Origin: Candidatus Eiseniibacteriota bacterium
GTDB taxonomy: Bacteria; Eisenbacteria; RBG-16-71-46; CAZAMP01
Length of the DNA: 64,000 bases
Direction: 5' to 3'
NCBI GenBank assembly: GCA_965224245.1
Contig: OZ245046.1
Location: 576,001 to 640,000 of the forward strand
Part shown: one piece after another, positions 42,570 through 50,841 of the stretch
Numbering within the stretch: position 1 is the stretch's first letter
How the letters are laid out: each line of letters begins with the position of its first letter
Position numbers and translations under genes: made by a program
The notes under the pieces: model-generated
The model's input: the letters and a program-made list of their open reading frames with translations, nothing else
What the model was told of the DNA's origin: nothing
Database searches by the model: none

Positions 42570-43457
42570 GTGCGCCCCGCGCTCGTCGATGCACTGGCCG
42601 GGGCGCTCGGCACCGACGCCTTCGGGTGGCTGGTGCCCACCGCGTTCATCTTCTATCCGCTCGCGATGTGCGCCGTCGCGTTTCTCTTCGTGCGGCGCAC
42701 GCGCGTGTCGGGGCTGTTCCGCTATCACGCTCTCGGTGCCGTGGTCTGGACGGGGCTCGGCGGGCTTCTCGGGTCCCGCCTTCTCTATCTCCTCCTGCAC
42801 GTCGACCAGCTTCTCGCCGAGCCCCGGATCCTCCTCGACGTGGGAGGCGCCAGCATGTCGTTCGGCGCGTACCTGGGGAGCATCGCGGGGTTCGTCGGCT
42901 ACTTCGCGCGCGAGCGCATCCCGGTGTGGCCGTACGGAGACGTGATGGCGTCCGCCATCGGCATCGGTCCGGCGATCGGACGGCTCTCGTGCTTCATGGC
43001 CGGTGACGACTTCGGAACGATCACGACCGTGCCGTGGGCGGTGACCTATCCACCGGGCAGCGACGCGTTCCACAGTCACGTCGCCCGCGGACTCCTGGAT
43101 CCCTCGAGCACCGCGTCGCTGCCGGTGCATCCGGTGCAGCTCTACCTGGCCGCGAACGGGCTCGTGCTGCTCGCCGTGTTCACGTGGCTCTGGCGGCGAG
43201 GGCGCTACCGGCCCGGCGAGCTGCTGATCGGGTACTGGGCCGCCTACGGGGCCACGCGCTTCTGCTGGGAGTTCTTCCGCGGCGATCAGGCCCGGCGTTT
43301 CGTGATGGGGCTTCCGGACGCGCAGATCATCGCGGCGGCGATCTGCCTCGCGTCGGTCGCGATCCTGATCGTGAGGCGTCGCCGCGCCGGCGGTCAGTCG
43401 CCTCCCGTCTCCGAATCGCCGTCCGCGGCCGCACCCGGCTCGGCCATCCGAACGTAG
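42570..43457 (+). CDS. lgt: Prolipoprotein diacylglyceryl transferase (Lgt) family paralog
   Basis: GSRLLY, IGRLSCFMAGDDFG, VHPVQLY, RFCWEFFRGD; starts 9 nt after the micro-protein stop. Confidence 0.85.
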   Translation: MRPALVDALAGALGTDAFGWLVPTAFIFYPLAMCAVAFLFVRRTRVSGLFRYHALGAVVWTGLGGLLGSRLLYLLLHVDQLLAEPRILLDVGGASMSFGAYLGSIAGFVGYFARERIPVWPYGDVMASAIGIGPAIGRLSCFMAGDDFGTITTVPWAVTYPPGSDAFHSHVARGLLDPSSTASLPVHPVQLYLAANGLVLLAVFTWLWRRGRYRPGELLIGYWAAYGATRFCWEFFRGDQARRFVMGLPDAQIIAAAICLASVAILIVRRRRAGGQSPPVSESPSAAAPGSAIRT

Positions 43458-44368
43458 GTGCCGTCGAACCACACGTACCAGGTGGCGCCATCGTCCCTGG
43501 ACTGCTCGATGAACTGGCGAACGCTTCCGTCGTCGTTCGGGGTGAACGTCATCCGGAAGCGTTCGCTGGAGCCGTCTCGGGCGACGTTGGCGCCCTCGAA
43601 GTGCATTGCCCCGTCCACCAGACCACCCTGGCAGCTGATGTTGCCTCCGGCCTGATCGGTCCAGATCTGGCGCCATCGGTCGATCGCCGGATCGAAGAAG
43701 TTGATCGACTTGCCGGCGCTGCCGCTGGCCGACGTCCAGCTCTCGGTGATCACGCAGTCGCGGAGGTCCTTTCGGATCTCGTTCGTGCCGACCAGCTGAC
43801 CCGACGGGTCGTAGACGTTCCAGCGTCCCACCCAGAAGTCGAACTCGCGATAGCGCTCGTCGTACGCGCACGGCTGTGCATTCATCCGCGCGGCGTCGAG
43901 GATCCCGGGAAAGCGCTCGTGGTCGCGGATCGTGACGAGGTCGGGATCGGTCTCCAGGCGCTCGGGGTCCTGATAGCCGGCATTCACGGCGTCGACGAGC
44001 CAGACGATCGCGAGCGAGCCCATGTCCTGACGCGCGAATGCACGCGCCAGGTTGAAGCGCGTGAACGGGGGCGCGATTCCGAGCTCGTTGGCCTTCGCGA
44101 GTGCGGTGGCGGCCGACTCGTTCTCTCGGAGCTCGAGCCGCGACAGGCCGAGGCGGAGCCAGGCCAGCGCGTTCCCGGGATCCTCGTCGACGACGCGCTG
44201 GTAGGCCGCGGCGGCGTTTCGCCACTCGGCGGCCCTGAAGTGGGCGTGGGCGTCGTCGATGGGAGCCGCCTCGGGTGGGGCCGTCGTCGGTGCGAACGGA
44301 TCGACCACGGTGGCAGCGAGCGTGACGAGCAACGCCAGGAAGACGGTGCGGGCACGAAGACGGATCAC
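43394..44368 (-). CDS. Exported TPR-repeat protein with an uncharacterised C-terminal beta domain
   Basis: Signal peptide; TPR-like 'AWLRLG...FNLARAFA...DPDL..IRDHERF'; then 'FDFWVGRWNV...WRQIWTD...S.D.GATW...F...Y.R'. Confidence 0.75.
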   Translation of the reverse strand: MIRLRARTVFLALLVTLAATVVDPFAPTTAPPEAAPIDDAHAHFRAAEWRNAAAAYQRVVDEDPGNALAWLRLGLSRLELRENESAATALAKANELGIAPPFTRFNLARAFARQDMGSLAIVWLVDAVNAGYQDPERLETDPDLVTIRDHERFPGILDAARMNAQPCAYDERYREFDFWVGRWNVYDPSGQLVGTNEIRKDLRDCVITESWTSASGSAGKSINFFDPAIDRWRQIWTDQAGGNISCQGGLVDGAMHFEGANVARDGSSERFRMTFTPNDDGSVRQFIEQSRDDGATWYVWFDGTYVRMAEPGAAADGDSETGGD

Positions 44369-44587
44369 GGCGGCCTCTGGGCTCGGGGTGTTGGCGAGCG
44401 CATCGCTGGCTTCGGGTGCGCTGCCACTCGGAACACCACGGGAGTATCGCAGCCGATGGCGGAGGCGTCCAACGCGCGCGAACCGATTGATGCGGGTCTC
44501 GCGGAGGCTCTGTAGACTGTGTGCCGTACAGTCACGTGCCGGTCGTGAGCCCGGCGAACATCACGTGGGGACGGGAGAGCACCACGC

Positions 44588-45592
44588 ATGGCCATTCTGG
44601 TCACGAGACGGCTCCGGTTGCGACGTCTGACCCTCGATGACCTGGACGACCTCCACGCCGTACTCTCCGATCCGGTCGCCATGGCCCACTACCCGACGCC
44701 GTTCGGCCGGGACATGACGCGGGGCTGGATCGAGTGGAATCTCCGCAGCTACGCCGAGCACGGCTTCGGGCTGTGGGCCGTCGTACACGCGGCCGACGCG
44801 CGACTGATCGGGGACTGCGGGCTGACGATCCAGCAGGTGGACGGCGTGGCCGAGCTCGAGATCGGCTATCACGTTCTGCCCGCGTACTGGGGCCGGGGGC
44901 TGGCCACCGAGGCGGCGATCGCCTGCCGAGATCTCGCGTTCGATCGGCTCGGGCGCTCCCGGGTCATCTCGAAGATGCGCGAGGACAACGCCGCATCTCG
45001 ACGCGTGGCCGAGAAGGTCGGGATGCGACCCGAGAAGACGACGCAGGACGACGCAGGAACGACGTCGATCGTCTACGCGATGTCGCCAGCCGATCGGCGG
45101 GAGGACCGAGCGACCGAGCCGCCTCGAGGCGCGCTCGCGGTACGTCGCGTCGAGGACTTGCCCGGAGATCTCGAGAGGCTCGTGGACGCCGGTCTCGACG
45201 AGGGGTTCGGCTTCGTGGCACGCCTGCGAGACGACTGGCGAGCAGGCGGGAACCGGTTCGATGGGCCCGGCGAGGCGTTGTTCGAGGCCCGCATCGAGGA
45301 CGAGCTGGTGGGAGTGTGTGGCCTGAACCGCGATCCGTTCGCGACCGAGACCGGGGTGGGGCGTGTCCGCCGGCTGTACGTTCGACCGCAGTTTCGTCGT
45401 CTGGGCGTCGGCAGACGACTCGTGGAGTCGGTCTTGACGATCGCGACGGGTGAGTTCGAGAAGGTCCGACTCCGGACGGACTCCGAGTCGGCGAGCCGGT
45501 TCTACGGCTCGCTCGGCTTCACGCGCACGCACGGCGATCCGGATGCCACGCACGAGCGGATCCTGACCGGGCGCGTGCCGGAGTCCCGCTGA
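44588..45592 (+). CDS. Tandem GNAT acetyltransferase (RimJ/L-type plus GNAT)
   Basis: 'EIGY...YWGRGLATEAA...N.ASRRVAEKVG' followed by 'RVRRLYVRPQFRRLGVGRRL...FYGSLGF'. Confidence 0.85.
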   Translation: MAILVTRRLRLRRLTLDDLDDLHAVLSDPVAMAHYPTPFGRDMTRGWIEWNLRSYAEHGFGLWAVVHAADARLIGDCGLTIQQVDGVAELEIGYHVLPAYWGRGLATEAAIACRDLAFDRLGRSRVISKMREDNAASRRVAEKVGMRPEKTTQDDAGTTSIVYAMSPADRREDRATEPPRGALAVRRVEDLPGDLERLVDAGLDEGFGFVARLRDDWRAGGNRFDGPGEALFEARIEDELVGVCGLNRDPFATETGVGRVRRLYVRPQFRRLGVGRRLVESVLTIATGEFEKVRLRTDSESASRFYGSLGFTRTHGDPDATHERILTGRVPESR

Positions 45593-45746
45593 TCGGCAGG
45601 TACACTCGAAGGGCCAGCGCGCGCCCGTCGCACGGGACGCCAGCGGGTCGCCGTCGCGACACGGAGGGTCGAGAATGGCAGAAGGTGATCCTCTTCGGCC
45701 ACGCACGAGGCCTGACGTGTCGGCTGCCGGGCTCCGAGGTGCGCAC

Positions 45747-46610
45747 GTGACGCGGATCGAGGCACGCGGGACGACGTTCGAGACCCGGGAGAGTGGGGCG
45801 GGCGACCCGCTCGTGCTCGTGCACGGATCCGTCAGCGATCTCCGGACCTGGGAGCACCTGCGGCCGATCTTCGATGCGCACTTCCGGACGATCTCGTACA
45901 GCCGGCGCCACCACTGGCCCAACGCTCCGATTCCCGAGGGCCGGGACTACTCGATGGAGGAGCAGGCCGAGGATCTCAGGGCGGTCCTGGATGCCGCCGC
46001 CGGCGCGCCCGCCCACGTCGTGGGGCATTCATACGGCGCGTATCTGGCCCTTCTCGTGGCAATCCGGGCACCGGAGCTCGTCCGGAGCCTGGTCCTGGCC
46101 GAGCCTCCCGTGATCCGGCTCTTCGTCAGCGATCCTCCGACACCGGCCGAGCTCCTGCGAACGCTGGTTCGCCGCCCCCGGACCGCACTGGCGATCATGC
46201 GCTTCGGCGCGCTCGGCGTGGCCCCGGCCACGAAGGCACTCGAGCGGGGCGACCCCGAGGCCGCCCTCCGGGCCTTCGGTCCGGCGGTGCTGGGACGGGC
46301 CGCGTTCGAGGCGCTCTCGTCCGTGAGGCGGGAGCAGGTCCGGGCGAACCTGATCCCGGCCGAGTTCCTGGGCTCGGGCTTTGCGCCCCTGGACGAGACC
46401 GAGATCCGGCACGTCTCGGCGCCGACTCTTCTCGTGACGAGCCGGAGCAGCCCGTCACTCTTCGCATTGCTCGCCGACCGCCTCGAGGAGCTCCTGCCCC
46501 GAGTCGATCGTGTCGTGATCCCCGACGCGTCGCACATCATGCACGAGGACAATCCTGACGCGTACTCCTCGGCGGTCCTGCGATTTCTCCGGGGGCAGCC
46601 GGTGGGCTGA
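45747..46610 (+). CDS. Alpha/beta fold hydrolase
   Basis: LVLVHG, GHSYG nucleophile elbow, ASH catalytic His. Confidence 0.88.
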   Translation: MTRIEARGTTFETRESGAGDPLVLVHGSVSDLRTWEHLRPIFDAHFRTISYSRRHHWPNAPIPEGRDYSMEEQAEDLRAVLDAAAGAPAHVVGHSYGAYLALLVAIRAPELVRSLVLAEPPVIRLFVSDPPTPAELLRTLVRRPRTALAIMRFGALGVAPATKALERGDPEAALRAFGPAVLGRAAFEALSSVRREQVRANLIPAEFLGSGFAPLDETEIRHVSAPTLLVTSRSSPSLFALLADRLEELLPRVDRVVIPDASHIMHEDNPDAYSSAVLRFLRGQPVG

Positions 46611-46753
46611 AGCCGCCGCGATCGACCGCGTCCGAGGACGGTGCCCGGAGCGATTCGCTTGCCCCTCGTGCGCAGGAGACGCATGCTGTGGCCGGCCCCG
46701 ACCCCGGATGACGGTCGTTCGGTTCGGGCACCGGCCACCACCCGGAAGACGTC

Positions 46754-47272
46754 ATGGTAATTCTCGAAACCGACCGGCTGCTCCTGCGTCATCTGGAGCC
46801 GGCGGACCTCGAGCCGTTGTTCGTTCTCTATCGCGATCCCGAGATTCGACGGTACTTCCCCGATGGGACGCGCACGCGCGAGCAAACCCGGGAAGAGCTC
46901 GAGTGGTTCAGAAACGGGCATCCACGACATCCTCGTCTCGGGCTCTGGGCGACGATCGAGCGGGAGACCGGTGCGTTCGTCGGAAGGTGCGGGCTTCTGC
47001 CGTGGACGATCGACGGGCGCGACGAGGTGGAGCTGGCCTTTCTCATCGACAAGACGAGATGGGGCCGGGGATACGCGACCGAAGCCGCGCTCGGGATCCT
47101 CGATCACGCACGGCTCCGGCTCGGTCTGTCGCGTGTGATTTGCCTCATCACACCGGGAAACGAGGCGTCGGTCCGGGTCGCGACGAAGGTGGGAATGACG
47201 CTCGAGCGCGAATACGAGGACGAGCTCGGGCCGTGTCACATCTACGGGCGGTCGTTGAATCGAGCCGGGTGA
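46754..47272 (+). CDS. GNAT (RimJ/RimL-type) N-acetyltransferase
   Basis: ILETDRLLLR, WGRGYATEAA, N.ASVRVATKVGM. Confidence 0.88.
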   Translation: MVILETDRLLLRHLEPADLEPLFVLYRDPEIRRYFPDGTRTREQTREELEWFRNGHPRHPRLGLWATIERETGAFVGRCGLLPWTIDGRDEVELAFLIDKTRWGRGYATEAALGILDHARLRLGLSRVICLITPGNEASVRVATKVGMTLEREYEDELGPCHIYGRSLNRAG

Positions 47273-47376
47273 GCTCGGCACCGATCCGGGTCGGGTACAC
47301 TCTCGCGACGCGAGGGGGTGGCGACGCCGACACACGCCGCCGGCCCCGGGCGCGGACGACATCGATCAGGGGTGAG

Positions 47377-47688
47377 ATGGAGTATCTGTACACGCTGAAG
47401 CCGACCCGTCTGGCGATGCTGACCGACGGGCCGACGTCCGACGAGTCCGAGGTGCTCTCCCGGCACGCCGCCTACCTGGAGCGCCTGGCCGCTCGAGGCG
47501 TCGTCGAGCTGGCGGGACGCACGCAGACCGCGGACGAGTACACGTTCGGCATCGTCGTGTTTCGGGCCGATGGTGACGACGCCGCGCGCCGCATCATGCA
47601 GGAGGATCCCGCCGTGCGCCACGGCGTGATGGCGGCCGCGCTGTTTCCCTATCACATCGCGTTTCGCGCCTCGGGACGCGACGGGTGA
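47377..47688 (+). CDS. YciI family protein
   Basis: 'H.AYLE.L...G.V.LAGRT......GIVVF.A.....A..IM.EDPAV..GVM'. Confidence 0.8.
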   Translation: MEYLYTLKPTRLAMLTDGPTSDESEVLSRHAAYLERLAARGVVELAGRTQTADEYTFGIVVFRADGDDAARRIMQEDPAVRHGVMAAALFPYHIAFRASGRDG

Positions 47689-48434
47689 CGGCATGGGCCC
47701 GGAAGAGAGATCGCGTGACGATCCAGTCCACCGACGTCGAGCGCGTCTCCTGTGCACGGCTGACCGGCGTTCTCTATCTGATCATCATCGTGTGCGCGCT
47801 GTTCGGAGAGGCGTACGCCCGGTCCTCGATCATCGAGCACGGGGATGCGGCCGCGACGGCACGGAACCTCGTGACGTCCGACGGGCTCTTTCGCGCCGGC
47901 ATCATCAGCGACATCGTGGCGTTCTCGAGCGACGTCGTGGTGGCCGTGCTGCTGTACGTTCTCCTGCGGCCGGTAAGCCGCACGGTGGCCCTGATCACGG
48001 CGGCGTTCCGCCTGACCGGAACCGCGATCTACGGCGTCAACCTGCTGAACGGCGTCGCCGCCCTCCTCGCATCGGGCGGCGCCGGGTACCTGGCCGTATT
48101 CGAGCCGGCGCAGCTCGAGGCCCTGGCGCTGCTCTTCCTGAACCTCCACGGCTACGGATATGACCTGGGGCTCGTGTTCTTCGGCCTGCACTGCTTCGGA
48201 CTCGGCGTGCTCCTCATCCGGTCGGAGGAGTTCCCGGGGATCCTCGGTGTTCTGATGGCGCTGGCGGCGCTCGTCTACCTGGTCGGTAGCGTCACCCGCT
48301 TCCTCTCGCCCGGGCACGCGAACACCCTCGTGCCGCTGTACGGCGTTCCGCTGATCGCGGAGCTGTCCCTGTCCCTGTGGCTCATGATCAAGGGTGTCAG
48401 GACTCCAGTACCCGATCGCATCGCCGGCGGGTGA
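47685..48434 (+). CDS. DUF4386-type multi-pass membrane protein
   Basis: ARLTGVLYL...GDAAATARN...LFRAG...LYVLLRPV...AELSLSLWLMIKG. Start may be 47715. Confidence 0.75.
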   Translation: MTAWARKRDRVTIQSTDVERVSCARLTGVLYLIIIVCALFGEAYARSSIIEHGDAAATARNLVTSDGLFRAGIISDIVAFSSDVVVAVLLYVLLRPVSRTVALITAAFRLTGTAIYGVNLLNGVAALLASGGAGYLAVFEPAQLEALALLFLNLHGYGYDLGLVFFGLHCFGLGVLLIRSEEFPGILGVLMALAALVYLVGSVTRFLSPGHANTLVPLYGVPLIAELSLSLWLMIKGVRTPVPDRIAGG

Positions 48435-48582
48435 GACCACCCGCTGGACGTCGTACACTGTCCGGGTCGTGGCCGGCCGACCACGACGGGCGCGTCCGTA
48501 TTGAGCGGGAGGTATGCCATGTTCCGGCGATCTCGTCCTGACCGTCGCGGCGGGCGTAGGATTCGCGACGGAGCGGCGGCGA

Positions 48583-49083
48583 ATGGCTGACTACGTCAGA
48601 GACCTCCGCGCGAAGGTGGGGGGCCAGGATCTGCTTCAGGTGCCATCGGTGTCGGTCGCGCTTCGTGACAGCGACGGTCGCGTGCTCCTGGGACGACACG
48701 CCGAGCACGGGAAGTGGCTTCTGCCCGGCGGCGCCGTCGAGCCCGGCGAGACCCCGGCCGATGCCGCCGTCCGCGAGATGCGGGAGGAGACGGGGCTGAT
48801 CGTACGACTGACGCGTCTCGTGGGCGTGTTCGGGGGTCCAGATTACGTCGTCCAGTACCGGAACGGCGATCGTACCTCCTACGTCATGACGGTCTTCGAG
48901 GCCGTCCCGGAGTCCGACGAGCGGAGCCGGGTCGACGACGAGATCCTCGAGATCAGGTGGGTCGCGAGCGGCGAAGCCGGGGAGCTGCCTCTGGCGCCGT
49001 GGGTGCCGGAGGTCCTGGAGGCGGTGTTCGGCGGGTCGGCGGCTCCCGCCTTTCGCCGTCCGTCGTGGCGGCCTCGCGCCTGA
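48583..49083 (+). CDS. NUDIX hydrolase
   Basis: Nudix box GGAVEPGETPADAAVREMREETG. Confidence 0.9.
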   Translation: MADYVRDLRAKVGGQDLLQVPSVSVALRDSDGRVLLGRHAEHGKWLLPGGAVEPGETPADAAVREMREETGLIVRLTRLVGVFGGPDYVVQYRNGDRTSYVMTVFEAVPESDERSRVDDEILEIRWVASGEAGELPLAPWVPEVLEAVFGGSAAPAFRRPSWRPRA

Positions 49084-49279
49084 GGTCGAAGGCAGCTGCG
49101 CGCTCGCCTCTCGACGATCGTCGCGCTCGCGTTCCGGGCTCACCCGCTCGCGGTATGGACGTTCCGATCGCGCGCTCGGGTTCCGAGGGGGGCGAGACGT
49201 GCACGTGCGTTTCGTTTCCCCGGGAGGGCGCGAGGTAGGATGCCGAGTCGCCCGACGCCACCCGCGCTTCGGAGGTGCC

Positions 49280-49708
49280 ATGGAGCCGATCGTCGACCAC
49301 ATCCAGATCACCGTGAAGGACATGAACATCGCCGTGCCGTTCTACGATCGGCTCATGCCCCTCCTGGGGTTCGATCCTCAGCGCAAGGGCGAAGCCGTCA
49401 TCGACGAGCACGAGTTTCACGTCGTGGAGTACACCCACCCGCGGCTCGCGTTCGCGATCACGTCGCCGAGGTCGGTGTTCGCGGCGGACACGATCAACCG
49501 GCGAAAGCCCGGCGCGCTCCACCACCTCGCGTTCAAGGCCGAGTCCCGCGCCGAGGTCGATCGGCTGCACGTCGCGCTGGAGAGGATCGGGGCCACGATC
49601 GTGAGCCCGCCGCGCGAGTACCCCGAGTACGTGCCGCCGGGGTACTACGCCGTGTTCTTCAAGGACCTCGAGGGCATCAAGTACGAGATCGTGTGCACGA
49701 AGACGTGA
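49280..49708 (+). CDS. VOC / glyoxalase family protein
   Basis: DHIQITV, LHHLAF, YYAVFFKD.EGIKYEI; GGAGG RBS. Confidence 0.88.
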   Translation: MEPIVDHIQITVKDMNIAVPFYDRLMPLLGFDPQRKGEAVIDEHEFHVVEYTHPRLAFAITSPRSVFAADTINRRKPGALHHLAFKAESRAEVDRLHVALERIGATIVSPPREYPEYVPPGYYAVFFKDLEGIKYEIVCTKT

Positions 49709-49720
49709 GGGGAGACACCG

Positions 49721-49998
49721 ATGCGAGTCGCGGTGATTGCCGGCGGGTGTTCGCCAGCAACGCCTGCTGGACCGTCGTCCGAGGAAGCGATCTGGAGGAG
49801 GGCGAGATCCAGGGGCTTCCGGTGTGGAGTCGTCACGTCGGGGATCCCATCGTGAAGAGCAACAAGACCCGACGCGTCGACTTCGCGCTCTTCATGGTCG
49901 AGGCGCTCGTGAACGACGCGCTCGTACACGAGGCGCCGGCCATCGTCGGATGCCGCACACCGTCGGCGCTCGGCCACGCCGCGCGAACGGGTGTGTGA
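49721..49998 (+). pseudogene. Internally deleted NAD(P)H-binding (SDR/NmrA-like) gene remnant
   Basis: RBS plus MRVAVI (Rossmann beta-1) joined out of frame near 49738 to a C-terminal segment CRRVFASNACWTVVRGSDLEEGE...TRRVDFALFMVEAL..D.LVHEAPAI. Confidence 0.65.
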
Positions 49999-50841
49999 AT
50001 GACGCCCGACCCCGAGATCGACATGAGCTCGACGCGCCTGCGCGAGATGCTCAGCGAGCAGTTCCCACACCTCGCGCAGGAGTCGCTCGTCCCCGTCGAC
50101 GAGGGGTGGGACAACTTCATCTACCGCATCGGGGCCGGCCACGCCGCGCGGATTCCGCGCCGCGAGGTGGCCGTCGGTCTGATCCGAAACGAGCAGACGT
50201 GGCTTCCGCGACTCGCCCCCCGCCTGGACGTCGCCATCCCGGTTCCGGTGGGCCTTGGGGTGCCGTCTGGGACGTTTCCGTGGCCGTGGAGCATCGTGCC
50301 CTGGCTCGCCGGCGAGCCTGCCGATCGCCGTCCGCTCGACCCCGATCAGGCGCCCCGGCTGGTCGCGGTGCTCCGCTCTCTGCATCGCCCCGCCCCGGAC
50401 GATGCCCCTCGAAATCCGGTCCGGGGTGTCCCGCTTCACGTTCGGGCCGCGACCGTGGAGGCGCGACTCGACCGGCTCGGCCTGGAGGCGCTTCGCGAGT
50501 CGTGGCGGCGAGCGCTGGATGCCCCGGTGTCCGCCGAGCGCGTGTGGCTGCACGGGGATCTGCACCCCCGCAACGTGCTCGTGGCGAACGGGGCGCTCGT
50601 CGCTCTCATCGACTGGGGCGACCTCACGGCCGGGGACCCGGCGACCGACCTCGCGTGCGCGTGGATGCTGTTCGACCCCGACACCCGTGAACGCTTCCTG
50701 GACGCCTACGGCGCGACGTCGGAGCAGCGGAGCCGGGCCCGTGGCTGGGCGGTACTCTTCGCGTCCGCGCTCGCCGGTGGCGACCCGCGACACGCCGCCG
50801 TCGGGCGAGCACTCGTGAGACGGCTCATCGACGCCGGCTGA
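49999..50841 (+). CDS. Aminoglycoside phosphotransferase (APH/choline kinase) family protein
   Basis: [18 protein letters not shown]...GDPATDLA. Confidence 0.88.
   Translation: MTPDPEIDMSSTRLREMLSEQFPHLAQESLVPVDEGWDNFIYRIGAGHAARIPRREVAVGLIRNEQTWLPRLAPRLDVAIPVPVGLGVPSGTFPWPWSIVPWLAGEPADRRPLDPDQAPRLVAVLRSLHRPAPDDAPRNPVRGVPLHVRAATVEARLDRLGLEALRESWRRALDAPVSAERVWLHGDLHPRNVLVANGALVALIDWGDLTAGDPATDLACAWMLFDPDTRERFLDAYGATSEQRSRARGWAVLFASALAGGDPRHAAVGRALVRRLIDAG

Noticed and set aside
44517-44531. LexA (SOS) box
   Set aside because: Spacing is CTGT-N7-ACAG rather than the N8 of the E. coli-type box.
44588-50841. Integron cassette array
   Set aside because: No integrase and no RYYYAAC...GTTRRRY attC structures in the spacers.
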